Shown piece by piece: positions 1 through 11,360 of a DNA stretch of 64,000 nt. The position numbers and the translations under genes were made by a program. Source of the DNA: Raillietiella orientalis (Eukaryota); contig JAYWIR010000034.1 in NCBI GenBank assembly GCA_036172245.1, forward strand, positions 372,001 through 436,000, in the 5' to 3' direction. The notes beneath the pieces were generated by a model. The model had not been told where the DNA came from. It saw only the letters and a program-made list of their open reading frames with translations, and did not search any database. The stretch's first letter is position 1, and every line of letters starts with the position of its first letter.

Positions 1-830
1 AGGTGACTGACTCGCTGCCCTTCGGATTGGAGGCGTTATCGAAGGAGCCAGGCTGTTGCTGATGCTGCTGTGATGACCAGTCCACGCCGTGGCCTCCCGC
101 CGGCGTCTGGCAAGGGGAGGGAAAGCAGTAGGAGGAGCCACTGCCAAGGAAAAAGTGGACGAGACCTCTGCGTTTCCTGGAAAAGAGGGGCCACGCGCCT
201 TCGGTGGGGTTCCTCGCAGCGCCGCCGACAGCCCTATGCTAGGGAATCCACTGCTCCAGAAGGGATCCCCATCCATATCCGGGACCTTCCTCCAGACGGC
301 CCAGGTCCACCCGCGAGACGACGTGGCGAGTAGCGAAGATCGCACTGCGCCCACGAAGACGGCCGCAAGGAAGCGCGTGCTAGCAGGGAGGGCGCCCAGC
401 CTGGCTACAGAAAGCTCCAGAGGACCTGCCACGTTTCTCAAGGGGTCCATCGAGAGGGCAAACACCGTTGCCGACTAGTGCTTGCTCTCCCGAAACGAAG
501 AGCTCGGAAGCCGGGGCAGAACCAAGGACTCAGTCTCCTCCTGAATGCTGCAGGAGAGACGCCAACTTCCCGGTCAGGTTGCCGGGCAACGAGAGCGCCG
601 AAGGACTGAATGTCACTGCTAGTGGTGGCGGCAGTGGTGCTGTTCGAGCTCACGGCGGCCATCTGAATCCCTCTACAGTCAGCTGTGAGCCCAGAATCCA
701 CCTGTTGAATTCTAGTGACCATCTGAAGTGGTGGTATATGAAGAGCACGGCGCTTTAATCCTCTCAGGTGCTAACGCCATCAGAGTTCAGGAAAGCACTG
801 GTTGCTGGGCGGAGCACGGAAGTTTAAGAA
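1..830 (-). mobile_element. degenerate L1/Tx1-like LINE reverse transcriptase remnant (runs off the window start)
   Basis: Colinear decayed RT motifs on the minus strand across frameshifts: RPATSAFLNSD (RPIsLLNxD), HIPPLQ, SDIQSFG (xDxxKAFD), SATVFALSMDPL (PLSxxLFxLxxEPL), FVGAV at the YADD position. Confidence 0.55.
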
Positions 831-859
831 ACCACCATGAAATCAGTTTGAAGATAATA

Positions 860-2280
860 AATGAGGATACACTGGAGCTGTTCCATCTTTGATGTCCTTC
901 TCTTCCGTGAGATGGAGCACCATGAAAAAGCATTCCGGCCTCACCTCTCTGCCTTAGGAGACTCACGCTCTGTTCTGTTGCATATTTCTACCAAACTCAC
1001 TACTGAACTCACTACATCTTCTGTTCGAGTTGTTGTGCTGCATCCCCCAGTGGCCGCCTTTCACAAAAGAAAATTCTCCGAGACGATTTTTTGCATAGTG
1101 TAGATTACGTCCACCAGGACCAAAGTAGAGCAGCTTCCTATCGAAGCACAGAAAGAAGGAAAATGGCTACTTTGCGTGCAAAGAGCCATCAAGGAAGGGG
1201 ACAAACTTTTTGTTTTTTGCCGGAGCAGTACTGGTCTTCCCCTGAAAACTGCCTTCTTGAAGGCTTCGTCGGTCTTTTGATGTCGCGAATTGATCATTCT
1301 GGTTTCAGATACCGGAAAGTCCTTAAAGAGTACTCTTTACCGAACAAAAAGATCTCTTGCAGTTTCTTGGCAAGACTCTAGGTTTTGTGAAATGTTGCAT
1401 TCACCGGAAGCTCTTCCTCTGGGTATTCTTTCTGCCAAGGGGGCTGACATCTTTAAGAGATCGACCACTGGCATCCTCTTTTGAAAAGCACTTGATCCAA
1501 GTTGAGGGATCGAGGCACAAGCATATCAGATTCGAGCAGCAGAGCGGGTGATGCCACCCGGGTGCCAGCAAGCCAGCATTTGAAGCTCCTCGCTCTTAGT
1601 TGGTTCAGGAGATGCTTTCACCATATCCAAGCATCCAGTTGCTCTCTCCAAACTTCATCACTTCCTAGAAAATGTGCCAAAGTGTAAACTAGTGTAGTTC
1701 TTTCATTCCCAGACCGAGGATTTTTCGGATTCCGTCTCGAGAGTTCAGCTACAGAATGATCCTAACCTCAGCTATCAGCAATTAAAACATCTCTGTTTTC
1801 CATTCATTCCTTGGTCCAATGGTCTGGAGAATCTCTCAGTCAGAGAGGAAATTTGGAAGATGAAATGATGAGGGAATCGAAATCAAAAGCCACTTTTAAT
1901 GAAAAAATCCTCCTGCTACTTCTTTCAATAACTTTTTAATTCCAGTTTCAAATCTTATGAACCGGGACTGGAATAGCTGTGTGGAGGCAGAGTCTGGAGC
2001 GATACACTTTCTTTTCCGTTCATTCTCTGAAAGATTTTTCTCTAATTCTCGGAAACAGTCGCTTGAGCTTCTATTAAGTGAAAAAATCTCCAGAAAAATC
2101 TCGAAGACATCAGGTAGTTGAATGTCCCTTGACAAGGGTCATTCGAGGAATTTGCAAAGCAGGAAAGGATCGAAAAAGCGACAGAGCGATCATTTGGGAT
2201 GGTCGAACTAAACGAAAGAGCCCGTTCTTTCCTGCTCTCAACGAAGACAAGGAAACCGAACTCTTCTCAGGGATCCGTTG
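860..2280 (+). mobile_element. degenerate L1/Tx1-like LINE ORF2 remnant (RT to C-terminal zinc knuckle)
   Basis: Motifs in order: EKAF; FSETIFCIV; YFACK (YADD position); FCRSSTGLPL (FxxxSGLxxN); LQFLGKTL..KLFL (LSxxGK..KLxY); SCVEAESGAIHFLF (zf-RVT); IIWDGR. Confidence 0.65.
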
Positions 2281-4259
2281 ATTGCAGGCATCAGGTGTAG
2301 CTGATCCTAAAGACGGAATTGTCCCTCGGTCACGTGTCTTTGTCACATGAGATGGAAAAACACGAAGGTCCATCCGATTTGTGGTGTCAGTCGTCCCGAG
2401 TGACCGCTCAAGTAAGAGGCAACTTTGCATTTCGCGGGTAGTAGGAAGTTGGTATCCTCGCTTATAGGCACATGGAAAGAGGGTAGGAGACGGGGAACCA
2501 TCCATGATGTCATCGCGACGGGAAAAGGCATTCAACCACCCTTAAGAACGCGCCTGCTGTAGCAATCAGAACCTTGTTCGGGAACCGCTGCTTTTGGGGC
2601 AAGATATGACCCCCGAGGCATGAGCGGGGCAAGCAAGCCGCCTGTTCTCACCAAGCCAGGTAGAACGCGAGTGATTGGATTGTCTCCAAGTAACACCTCC
2701 TCCTTCAAGGGAATGTCGTGCTGATCCCAGGTGGAAACCGCAAGTGTTGGTTCTCGCGCACGGCCTCGCTGCGTTCGCAACGTTTCTCGAGCAGAACTAC
2801 CCTCTCCAGATGAGAACAGGACAGAGACTGAGATCTCATCCTGCGAAGAGATAGAATTTAATTTCAGATCACGGGGTCCACGGTTGCCGAGTAAGAAAGA
2901 CCTAGGAAGAACCACATCGTCAGATGCGTCCCCTGTCCCCTTCGTAATGCAAGCGTTTGCACACAGTCACGTGAACTTCAAAGACAGCGCGATGGTCATG
3001 ACGGTATGCTGTGGACGCGTCGTCTTTCGCGTAGCATTTTCCACACACACAAGGCGGGTGGAAAGAGCAGCGGTTTAGATGGAGATGGATGAATGCGTAC
3101 GAATCCTTACAGAAGCTAAAGAGTTCTTGTCTTTTTTTTCTCGTCGCGTCTCCTCTCGACAAGAAAGTGGCTGCAGATAGCAAGCGGCGTGTGGAGCTGC
3201 TCTCCTGTTTCATGTCACAAAAGTGATCCTGAAGTCAGAGGAACAGAAACGCGTTTTTTTAGATCCAGCGCACTGCAACCGAGACGAAACCTCAAAGTTC
3301 CGTGCACGGGAAAGGAACTGGGAAAGAGGATCAATTTGAAGAGCAAAGAGTCAATGTCCAGCAACAGATTGATATTGGCAGAACCAAGAGGACGTCTCAC
3401 ACCTTCTACGCTTCAGTCCCCCTCCCCTCTCCTTGCCTCAAGAGCTTTCCCGTGATCAAAAAAAAGTTCCATGATTCCCTGGTCTGAGATGAGGAGGGCG
3501 CGTGAATAAGGGTGCCCTGAACGCCTTATCATCCCAGGAGGCGGAACTGAATTCTTGTGGAGGAGCAGGACTCAATGAAAGCAGGACTCAGTTCATCGGT
3601 TCTGACATCTCTTACTCGAACACTTCTTCAAAACTCCGTTTCCATCTCTTCGACTTCGCTTCCTTGACGGAGAGGAAAACAAGAAAAAGAAGTGAGAGAG
3701 GGATGAGGAAGATTTTCCTGGGCTGCACCAGCTGCCCTCTCTCATTCGGATGCTTAACCGGTTTTATATTCATTAAACTATCGGCAAAAATGAGAGCTCC
3801 AGAGCGTCCTTCTCATCTCGGAGACACACAGTAGCCCATCTGCTTTTCAAAGGATGAAAAATTCTCCCTTCGTGGACCCATCCAGAAGAAATAAATCGAA
3901 TCTATTCCTAATTTCTGAGAGAGAGAGAAAGAGAAAAAGGAACACTAGGAGCAAAATGGGCAGGTCCTTCTGAGGCGGATTCCCCTGGGGAATGGGTGCC
4001 TGAGCAGTGACCCCACGAAGAATTCATCGGTGCTCCAGGGAACAAAGATGTCGAACGAGGGTTCGAGATGCTACCAAACCTGAAGAATGGAAATTCCGCA
4101 AAGAGCACAACCCGAGCAAAGACAAATCGAAAATCGCGTGGGAGTGTTTTGGTCCTCCCCTCCCTCCTACTTCTCGCCGGACAGGAAGTGTCGAACGTGA
4201 GAGCGCGTCAGCTGCTCAAATGTCCATGCATCGCACTCCACCGCGGACTGCCGACTCCC

Positions 4260-4960
4260 CTTGAGAGGAACGCGCGCCTACCACATGGAAGACCACCAGC
4301 AAACGCCAGTTCTAAGAAGCAGGTGGCTCTTTTTCCAATGGACGAAAGTCGAAGGACGAGTTCGTCGATGGCAGCGTGGCATGCAGCTACCTGAAGGACG
4401 AATCATTTTGCCTCATCAAAAACTGCACCGTAAGATTGGACGGGACGCAGCATCACTGCAACGAAACGCAAGAACCTAGAGAGCAAGCTTTCTCAGCCAC
4501 TCAGCGGGAGAAGACGGGAGAGCATGGATCACAGTGGGTGAGGAACGATTTGTGATCCCTGTTGCTGCCCTTCGGAGCACAAAAGACGAAGAGGATTCTT
4601 GCTGAGTTCCTTCCCACAATTTAAACACTTTGGGGACTGCTCTTGAAAGCAGAAGCAAAGACGTATTGGGGGTGCGCACCGTTTCTGTGAGAGACTCCTA
4701 GATGCTGAAGGATGAAGTCGAATGCATCAAAGATCTTCCCTCAAGTAGGACGCTTCATTTCTTCTCAACGCTCTGAGACTCCCTTCTAACCGTGGCATGG
4801 AAACTGTGGGATGAAGCGCGTGCGATGCTCATCCAAGGGAAAAAATCCTCGAACCGAAAAGGGGATGCTGGAACGGATGAGGCTTTCACGTGCGAGGACT
4901 GCGGCACTCGCTACGCTCAAATGCTGAGAATCCACGAAGCAGCTTGTTGCGCTGTCATCG
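4260..4960 (+). mobile_element. RTE-like LINE 3' remnant
   Basis: LRGTRAYHMEDHQQTP resembles LRWxGHVxRMxDxRxP. The basic stretch followed by FTCEDCGTRYAQMLRIHEAAC resembles the terminal C2H2-like finger of RTE ORFs. Confidence 0.4.
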
Positions 4961-5389
4961 GGAGACTTCCTGCACTAATTGGGTTGCGGCGAAACTGCCT
5001 CGGAAGACAGCAGCATGGCAGTGCGAAAAGTCGCCCTTCTTGCAGAGTCCCCCCCCGTTGATTATCACTCGTGCGCCTCTCGCGCGAAATCCCAAATTGT
5101 CAGCAGGAGTGCCATCGAAGAAAGAGAAACAAAGAGAGAGAGAAAGGGACGAACTCACAGCAAAGCAAACCAAATCAGTGGAATCGATCTGTTTAATGTG
5201 GATTGGCTTCCGACCAATGGGAGCAAAGTATGCCCCGCATCTGTAGACAATGATTTAGCAAAGTTTAAGTTCTCCCATGTCCAGGGGCATCAACCAAAGG
5301 TGATCGGGTTGTTCAACTTGGCGCTTGTCGCCTTGTTAAGTCAGTCGTTTCTTTTTTTCCTTCTCACTCACGTGGGCACGTGAGTAAGA

Positions 5390-5690
5390 GGTCCGATCCA
5401 GTTTGAGATCTCTTGAAACGCAACTTCGTTTCACTTTTCGCTTGAACCCAGAAGGAATTTTCGCTAAGGGGCTTAAGGCACGAGAACAGACTCGCGTCGT
5501 CAACGGGCGACTCCCATCTCTGGATAGCCATGGCTGATTCGAAGTTGCCGTAATTGGTCTTCGAACTCATTACGCCGCCGTTTCGTCCTTTGCCAAGCTG
5601 ACCTTATTTCAAAAACGGATTACAGAGGTCTGACGACCGAACGCTGAGATCTCTGGACCGCTGCACTCCTCCTCAACTGCCAAAAGGATC
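5390..5690 (+). mobile_element. degenerate LINE RT fragment
   Basis: QTRVVNGRL followed by LP*LVFELITPPF matches the VxVNG...PLSxLLFxLxxEP segment of L1-group RT. Confidence 0.4.
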
Positions 5691-6749
5691 CATCTGAAAA
5701 AAGAAAACAGTGAGAAAAAGAAAACAGTGCTCTCATCCGAACTGCTGAACGAACTATCCGGACAAATCACTGGAATGCAGTTTGTGCAATCCCTGTATCC
5801 CGATGCAGGCTTGGAGTGTGCATGAAGAATCAGCTCGTCAGATCCTAGAAGCCTGAGCAGAAGAACCTACTTTTAGAATAAGAACGATGGATAGAGCGGT
5901 ATGCGTTGTTTTGTTTATTTTCTAGACAGTGAACATCAGAGTCCGGTGGAGTGGTGGAAGTTGGAGCTGTTGCTGAGAACTGGAACAATAATAGCAGATC
6001 ACTCGTAGTAGTCAACTTTATAGAACGAACACTCATGGATCAAAGAGGACTTTCCTCGTAGCTGCAATAAATCAAGATTTAGAAGGCAGTGGTACAGCGT
6101 GCTTCAAACTAGAAAGTCACTGATCACCACCACTTCATGATACCAGAACGCCATTTCGGATACAAGGCGTTGTGATGATGATGTCCGATAGGCATTCCAC
6201 CCACAGTCCTTTTATGATCAAAAGTTTTGCTTTTCCTTTTTTTTTCCTTGATTTTGAGCTTCATCATCCACTCTGGATCTTTGCTCGCTACAATGGAATC
6301 TCGCGAGAGTGGCCGCTAGGAGGTGAGCACACAAGTGAGGCGCTCGAAAGCAGACAAAGCGCAAGACGCTTGCGCATCCCTGGACCCAATTGCTATGCGT
6401 GCAGAAATACGATGTTGTCTTGCTGCTTTCAAAGGTAAAAGATGACCCTCCCAATAAATGCATGGAAGAGAAACGAACAACTCTGAGATCTTTGACAATG
6501 AAGAAATGCCGTGGAAGAGCTACATAAGAAAGAGTTAGCGCTGCTATGTGCAAAAGTTAATTTCTTCTCCAAAGTGTCAGTGGGAAGCGAGGAGGGGAAT
6601 GAGAGAAGGAATGAACAAAAATAGCAGTCTGATAGAAGATCACTCTTGAAACAGGAAGAGCAGCACTGAATAGCCAGCAGTACTGAACATTTGCAGGGCA
6701 TACTCAAGAAAGGAAGTCAAGGACAGTACAGTCAGGAATTCTTCAGCGT

Positions 6750-7520
6750 TGGCGATCGTGTGGCTGTGGTCTCTGCGTGTCCCACCAAGCTCTGCGGGTT
6801 CGAATCCCACCCGGGGAAGGATCTATGCCGAGAAATGGGTGAGTCATGGGTTTTGATCCCCCCCCCCTTCCGCAGGATGACGCTGGTTGGCCTACAGGCT
6901 TAGGGGGCCGCGGCATAGGTGGAAGCCGGAAACCAGATGCCCCGTTAGCTGGTCTGTATTGAAAACTGACCCTCCGGGGTCATTCTAGGGGCAGAATCAA
7001 GGAGTTTGGCTTCCTTTGGGGCTCTCTCCCGGTTATGCAAAGGAGCAGTCTTCCTCCCTTCCCCCTCCCCTTCCATTGCGTACCATCGAGCCGGTCAGAG
7101 TCTCAAGAAGTGCGCTGCTCCCTTCGGGAAGTGTCCCTTCAGAGAAATCTTGAAGCGTCTCTTCGGGTACTCTTCAGAGACAAAGAGCGTTTCCCTTGCA
7201 GGTTCCTTTCGAAGAGAAAATAATAGAGCTGTCCTCTTCGGAGGATCCCTCTGGGTAGAACAGGGAAGAGGCACTCTTCGGGGTTCCCTTTGGAGACAAC
7301 CAGGGCAAGAATCTCCTCAGGTATCCCCCTACCAAGAGTAAGAAGAGCGAATACTTTCCACCAGAGCCTTTCTGGATTAATAGGGTAGTCCCTCCGTGGT
7401 AACCCCCTAACTTGAGGAGTTACACGCACCTTCGGATGGTGTGTACCAGTGTTAAAGAGCTTCGTCAGCCTTCACTAAGGAGGCGAATGGTTCTTCAGCA
7501 CTTGGTGAACTAAAAAAAAA
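6750..7520 (+). mobile_element. tRNA-headed SINE-like element, copy 1 (~770 bp, A-tailed)
   Basis: Pol III B-box GGTTCGAATCC near 6797, A9 tail at 7512-7520, colinear similarity along its length to 40270-40850 plus 41936-42090 (minus). Candidate TSD tggctgtgg (6761-6769 / 7526-7534) or cgttggc (6747-6753 / 7523-7529). Confidence 0.8.
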
Positions 7521-7859
7521 TACGTTGGCTGTGGATTCACACATTCGAGTATTCACAACTACCCTGGATAGTGTGGAGTACTGGCGATGCAAGTCAAAAC
7601 TCTTGTCCGACCCAACAAACCTGCCGGTATGCAACTGTTGAAGTCACAGGTCCAAAGTGGTCACAGGTTTCATTTCGAAGGAGCTTCTTACGAAAGGTGG
7701 ATTTAACATTTCCGCGCGATGTGCGAAAGGAAGTCTACAGGACAGAAGCACCCTCAGCCTCGGAATCTTTTGGGGTCCATGACAACCGCGTACCAATAAG
7801 TAACGTCCAACTTTCTCTGGGCTTCCGACTGGTGTGAGCTCACTCATTCTTACCCGTAA

Positions 7860-9450
7860 AAATGAAACCACAAGCTGTGTGCACGGAAATGCTGCGTGAC
7901 AAACCAGAGCTCAAAGAGGCGTCCAATTCAAAAAGGCGAAGTAAGGAAATTGGAAGCGGGAACAGGGAGCCGAGGAAAGTAGCGGCAGCACGTGGTTTTT
8001 TTTTTTCGGAAAGTTTTTTCGCTTTCCGGAGGCACAGAGGTAAGTTGGTTGAAAAATGGGCCAAGTGCATTAAAGAAATTACACCGGTGTTCGTTCCACC
8101 CTTGAAGGAGCAAAAAAGTTCCAACTTGTCCACACTCGAAACTCCCGTTTTCTGGTCAATATTTATGGTGAAGAAGTATTCAGTGGAACAGTTGCCTCTA
8201 TGTTAAAGGAAGATTATGAAAAATCGTTGAAGCACTCACTGCCGCACAGGTGCCCAGCGTCAGGACCTCGTTATCGAACTTGTCACTTTGCACAGTTTTT
8301 AAGTTCCCTCATCTGTAAATACGACAAAGAAAGGCATCAAGGCAGGTGATTTTTCCGCTGGAGCTAACTTTGAAGATCAAAACATCATTCTCGGCCTCTT
8401 TCCGTAAAGAACGAATGTAATGAGCCGGATGTGTTTCCGAGGTATTCCTCCCTGTTTTCCGTTAAGGGATTCTGAAAATCCTTCTCCAGCAATTTCATCT
8501 ACCTTCATAAAAGAGTTCGAGGATCCCACTGATGCCAGAAGTGGAGATGAATGCGCTTATGTTTTTGATCTCCAGCGCGTTTCGAGGAAAACATTGCCTC
8601 CGAGGAGGAGTTACCGTCTGGGCTGCCCGTGATGGTAAAAGTCGTCGGGTCACTGAGAGCGACACCCAAAAGATTCGCTTTTTGTGAGTATTCTGGAGTT
8701 CTGTGATCTGGAATTCCCTGATCAGTTCAGCATTGAGTCGTTCCATGCATCCCCGTTGGCGTTGCCCCAATTGACACGATCTGCCACTCCTAGAAGATTG
8801 CTTTGGAATTCGGTGCAGCTCCGAAATGACGTTCGTTTCTCCTGGGCTGAAGTGCGTGAACAAACTCCAACCTGTTTCCCTTTTTTTCTTCACCCAATGA
8901 AAGAGCAATCGACGAAAGGCGTAGCGAACAAATCAAGAGCGCTTTCCTGAGACGCCGGGAGTTGGTAGCCTCCGACTAGCTTATCCCAGGAACGAATGCG
9001 TATCTAAAAACACATCTAGTGCTTCAGAGAGAAGGAAGCTAATCATTCTGGACGTCGCGTGCCCTTCTGAGTACTCAGCAACGGTACTAGGAGACTCAAG
9101 ATAGGAGGAGAACAAGTATCAATTACCCACCATCCGCTTCTCCTCCAGAGGAGTGGCCGTGTCAGTAAGAGGTTCTCTGTGATCATGGGAATCGGCGGAT
9201 GACGAATTAATGAGAGAATTGCCTAGGAGATGGATGGACAGAGCTCATCAAAAAAGGGATGGTGTGCTCGAGCATCCTTATCCCCAAGACGTACATTGGA
9301 AAGATCTAACGGGTCAGCGCTCCTACGGAAAACATCCTCTAGAACTACGGCTTCGTGACGAAGAGGAGTCGAGGGAAGCTGAGAAGACAGTGGAAACCTC
9401 TTCTTCATATGCTTTAATCCCCATTCCAAAATTGCGGTTTGAACATTGCT
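7860..9450 (+). mobile_element. degenerate L1/Tx1-like LINE ORF2 remnant
   Basis: RKVAAARGFFFSESFFAFRRHRGKL (KxPGxDG..EFYxxF), QLPLC*RNYEK (RPIxL..DYK), later RT-like segments and a decayed zinc-knuckle-like segment near 9300-9420. Confidence 0.5.
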
Positions 9451-9866
9451 TTTCCCTTTTAAAGGTTTCGCACATGCTTTCGGTTCATGCTTTCAGTTTC
9501 GACAGTTTGTTTTCGGTGCCATCTTGTGCTGCTCCTCACTCTTTCTCCAGCCTGCGAGGGAGAAAACAAAATGACAAGCGAGCTGTGTGTGCTTTGGCTG
9601 GCGTGGGGCAGGAACGAAGAATGGTCACTGTGAACGAAAGTAGGTGGACGGCGCAACTAGCCACTTCGACCCGATTACTTTCACTATCTTCAATGCTCAG
9701 CTGCAACGAGCTCAGGTGCTCTTCTTGTCTTTCTCCGGTTGAAATTCCACGCTTTCACGTTTCGTGCCCGAAACTCGGTATTCTACAATAGCAGTACAGC
9801 AACTTTCATCACGACGACAAAAGGTGGTTAAGAGAGGAGCTCGAAGTGTGTCGTCCCTTCCAAAAA

Positions 9867-9888
9867 CACACACACACACACACACACA
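9867..9888. repeat. (CA)11 microsatellite
   Basis: Directly visible. Confidence 0.95.
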
Positions 9889-10699
9889 AGGACATCATTT
9901 TCCTTTCCATAACCGAATTCCAGGAATAAAGGACTGCGGGAAAAGATCGCAAAACATATGATAGGATCTAGGAACGTCAAAATAAGAAAATGAAAATCTT
10001 CCACCGCTGGCTTCTCCATCACGCAAGCCACAGGAAAAATTCCGATAAGTCTGGATTTCTAAAGAATTCCCTCTTAGAGATTTCCGATGTTGCTGTTTCG
10101 ATTCTTCAGAGATACTTTGACTCATAGTCGTCTCACGAAGTAGTTCCGTGAGAGACAGAAATTTCACGATCAGAGCTCTTAAAAGGAGCTCATCTGACTA
10201 GAGGCTGTTGGACTGTTGATTTTTCCAAATGCTCACCTTGTTGAGAAGATGGTTTCCTTTTAGAAGTTTTTCTGGTATAGACATCCGAAGAGATGTTGGG
10301 CCGTTAATGGATCAAACTGCGTCAAAGTATCCATTGATTGAGAGTGAAGATCACAGCTGCAATGCGGTGGAAGCAGTGCACTCTCTTGCGAATCAGCTAC
10401 ATTGGGATGCACTGCTCTGCAACTGATAGAAAACTATGACCTATGGCACACAGTTGGATGTGTGCAAGAGAAGTCTCAGTCGTGAAAGATTGCCACTCAC
10501 CATCCATCTTATTCTCGTATTGATATGCATGTGGAAAACACGCCGCCTTGTGTCGCCATCCTAACGACGAGCATCTCTGTTTATGCACACCACATCGGGA
10601 TCTCAGACGCTTTCAAAGAACCCAGTGATGGATTCCTGATTTCTATGGCTGGAAGCCATTATTTTAGCAGAGATAATTCCATCCCTTGTGGTGCCGACA

Positions 10700-11360
10700 G
10701 CATGAGCTGATCTAAGACTCACTAGGAGGGACATGTCTGCTCAGAAGAGGAACACTTGGCAGTGTCTCGATGATCCAAACGTCTTGCTTGTAGAGCAAGC
10801 GAATAAGAGGCAACTTTGGAAGATGAAGGCACTTGTGTGGCTTTTAGAGATTGGACTGAGATAGCTACCAGTCAGGCACAAGATTCAGATTCATGAGAGT
10901 TGCGTGTGTGTCGATCAGGTTGGCTACATTTCCACCCGGCTGCTAAGGGGAAGTCTCCCATTGTGGCTAGTTCGATACGGGATCCTGCAATTTCCGTCGT
11001 CTGGCTCGACAGTAACGTCGCCGAACTCTTGGTGAAGCGCTCCAGCGCGTTCGCAAGTTTTCCATAACGTCAAAGAAAGCTTGTGGTGCAGGAAGGAATT
11101 GAGCTCCACTTCCCTGTAGAGGATTTCATTTCGTACGCTGCTAAGGCTACCTCTGCCAAGAATGGTGGGACCTCCATCTTGTACTGACTGATGAGAGCTT
11201 CCTCCGTGCCGCACTTTCTGGTGGAAGGATGTCTTCTCATCTCATGAATTCTCTCAATGTTTTGTTGCTGCCTAACCTGAGAAGCCATTCGGGATCTTTC
11301 GAAAACCAAACTGATTTTTTCCATCCGATGGTGACCAGCTTGAAAGACTTTATCCTCCAA
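10700..11360 (-). mobile_element. degenerate LINE ORF2 remnant (EN-RT linker and RT start)
   Basis: PPFLAEVALAAYEMKSSTGK (P..xEVxxAxxxM..KSPG) followed by NGRLPLSSRVEM (NWRPISLLxxDxK). Confidence 0.4.

Noticed and set aside
5372..5693. Exon-like minus-strand segment with a strong acceptor, CAC|gtgagt donor and a 66-codon ORF (MSSKTNYG...)
   Set aside because: The plus strand of the same bases carries colinear LINE RT motifs (RVVNGRL...LVFELITPP), the peptide resembles nothing I know, and I found no partner exon.
6750..6830. Functional tRNA gene
   Set aside because: A B-box is present but there is no convincing cloverleaf; it continues into a repeat body shared with 40270-42090, so it is treated as a SINE head.
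6835..6940. HDV-like ribozyme in the SINE (tcc-tcctccca-gga-tgacact-gg in copy 2 resembles P3/L3/P1'/GG)
   Set aside because: P1 has mismatches in both copies, and I could not place P2 and the catalytic J4/2 in the right geometry. An RNArobo or Infernal search on the family consensus would settle it.
7105..7420. CRISPR-like array
   Set aside because: Units are degenerate, linkers are only about 12-16 nt, there are no cas genes, and the context is eukaryotic.
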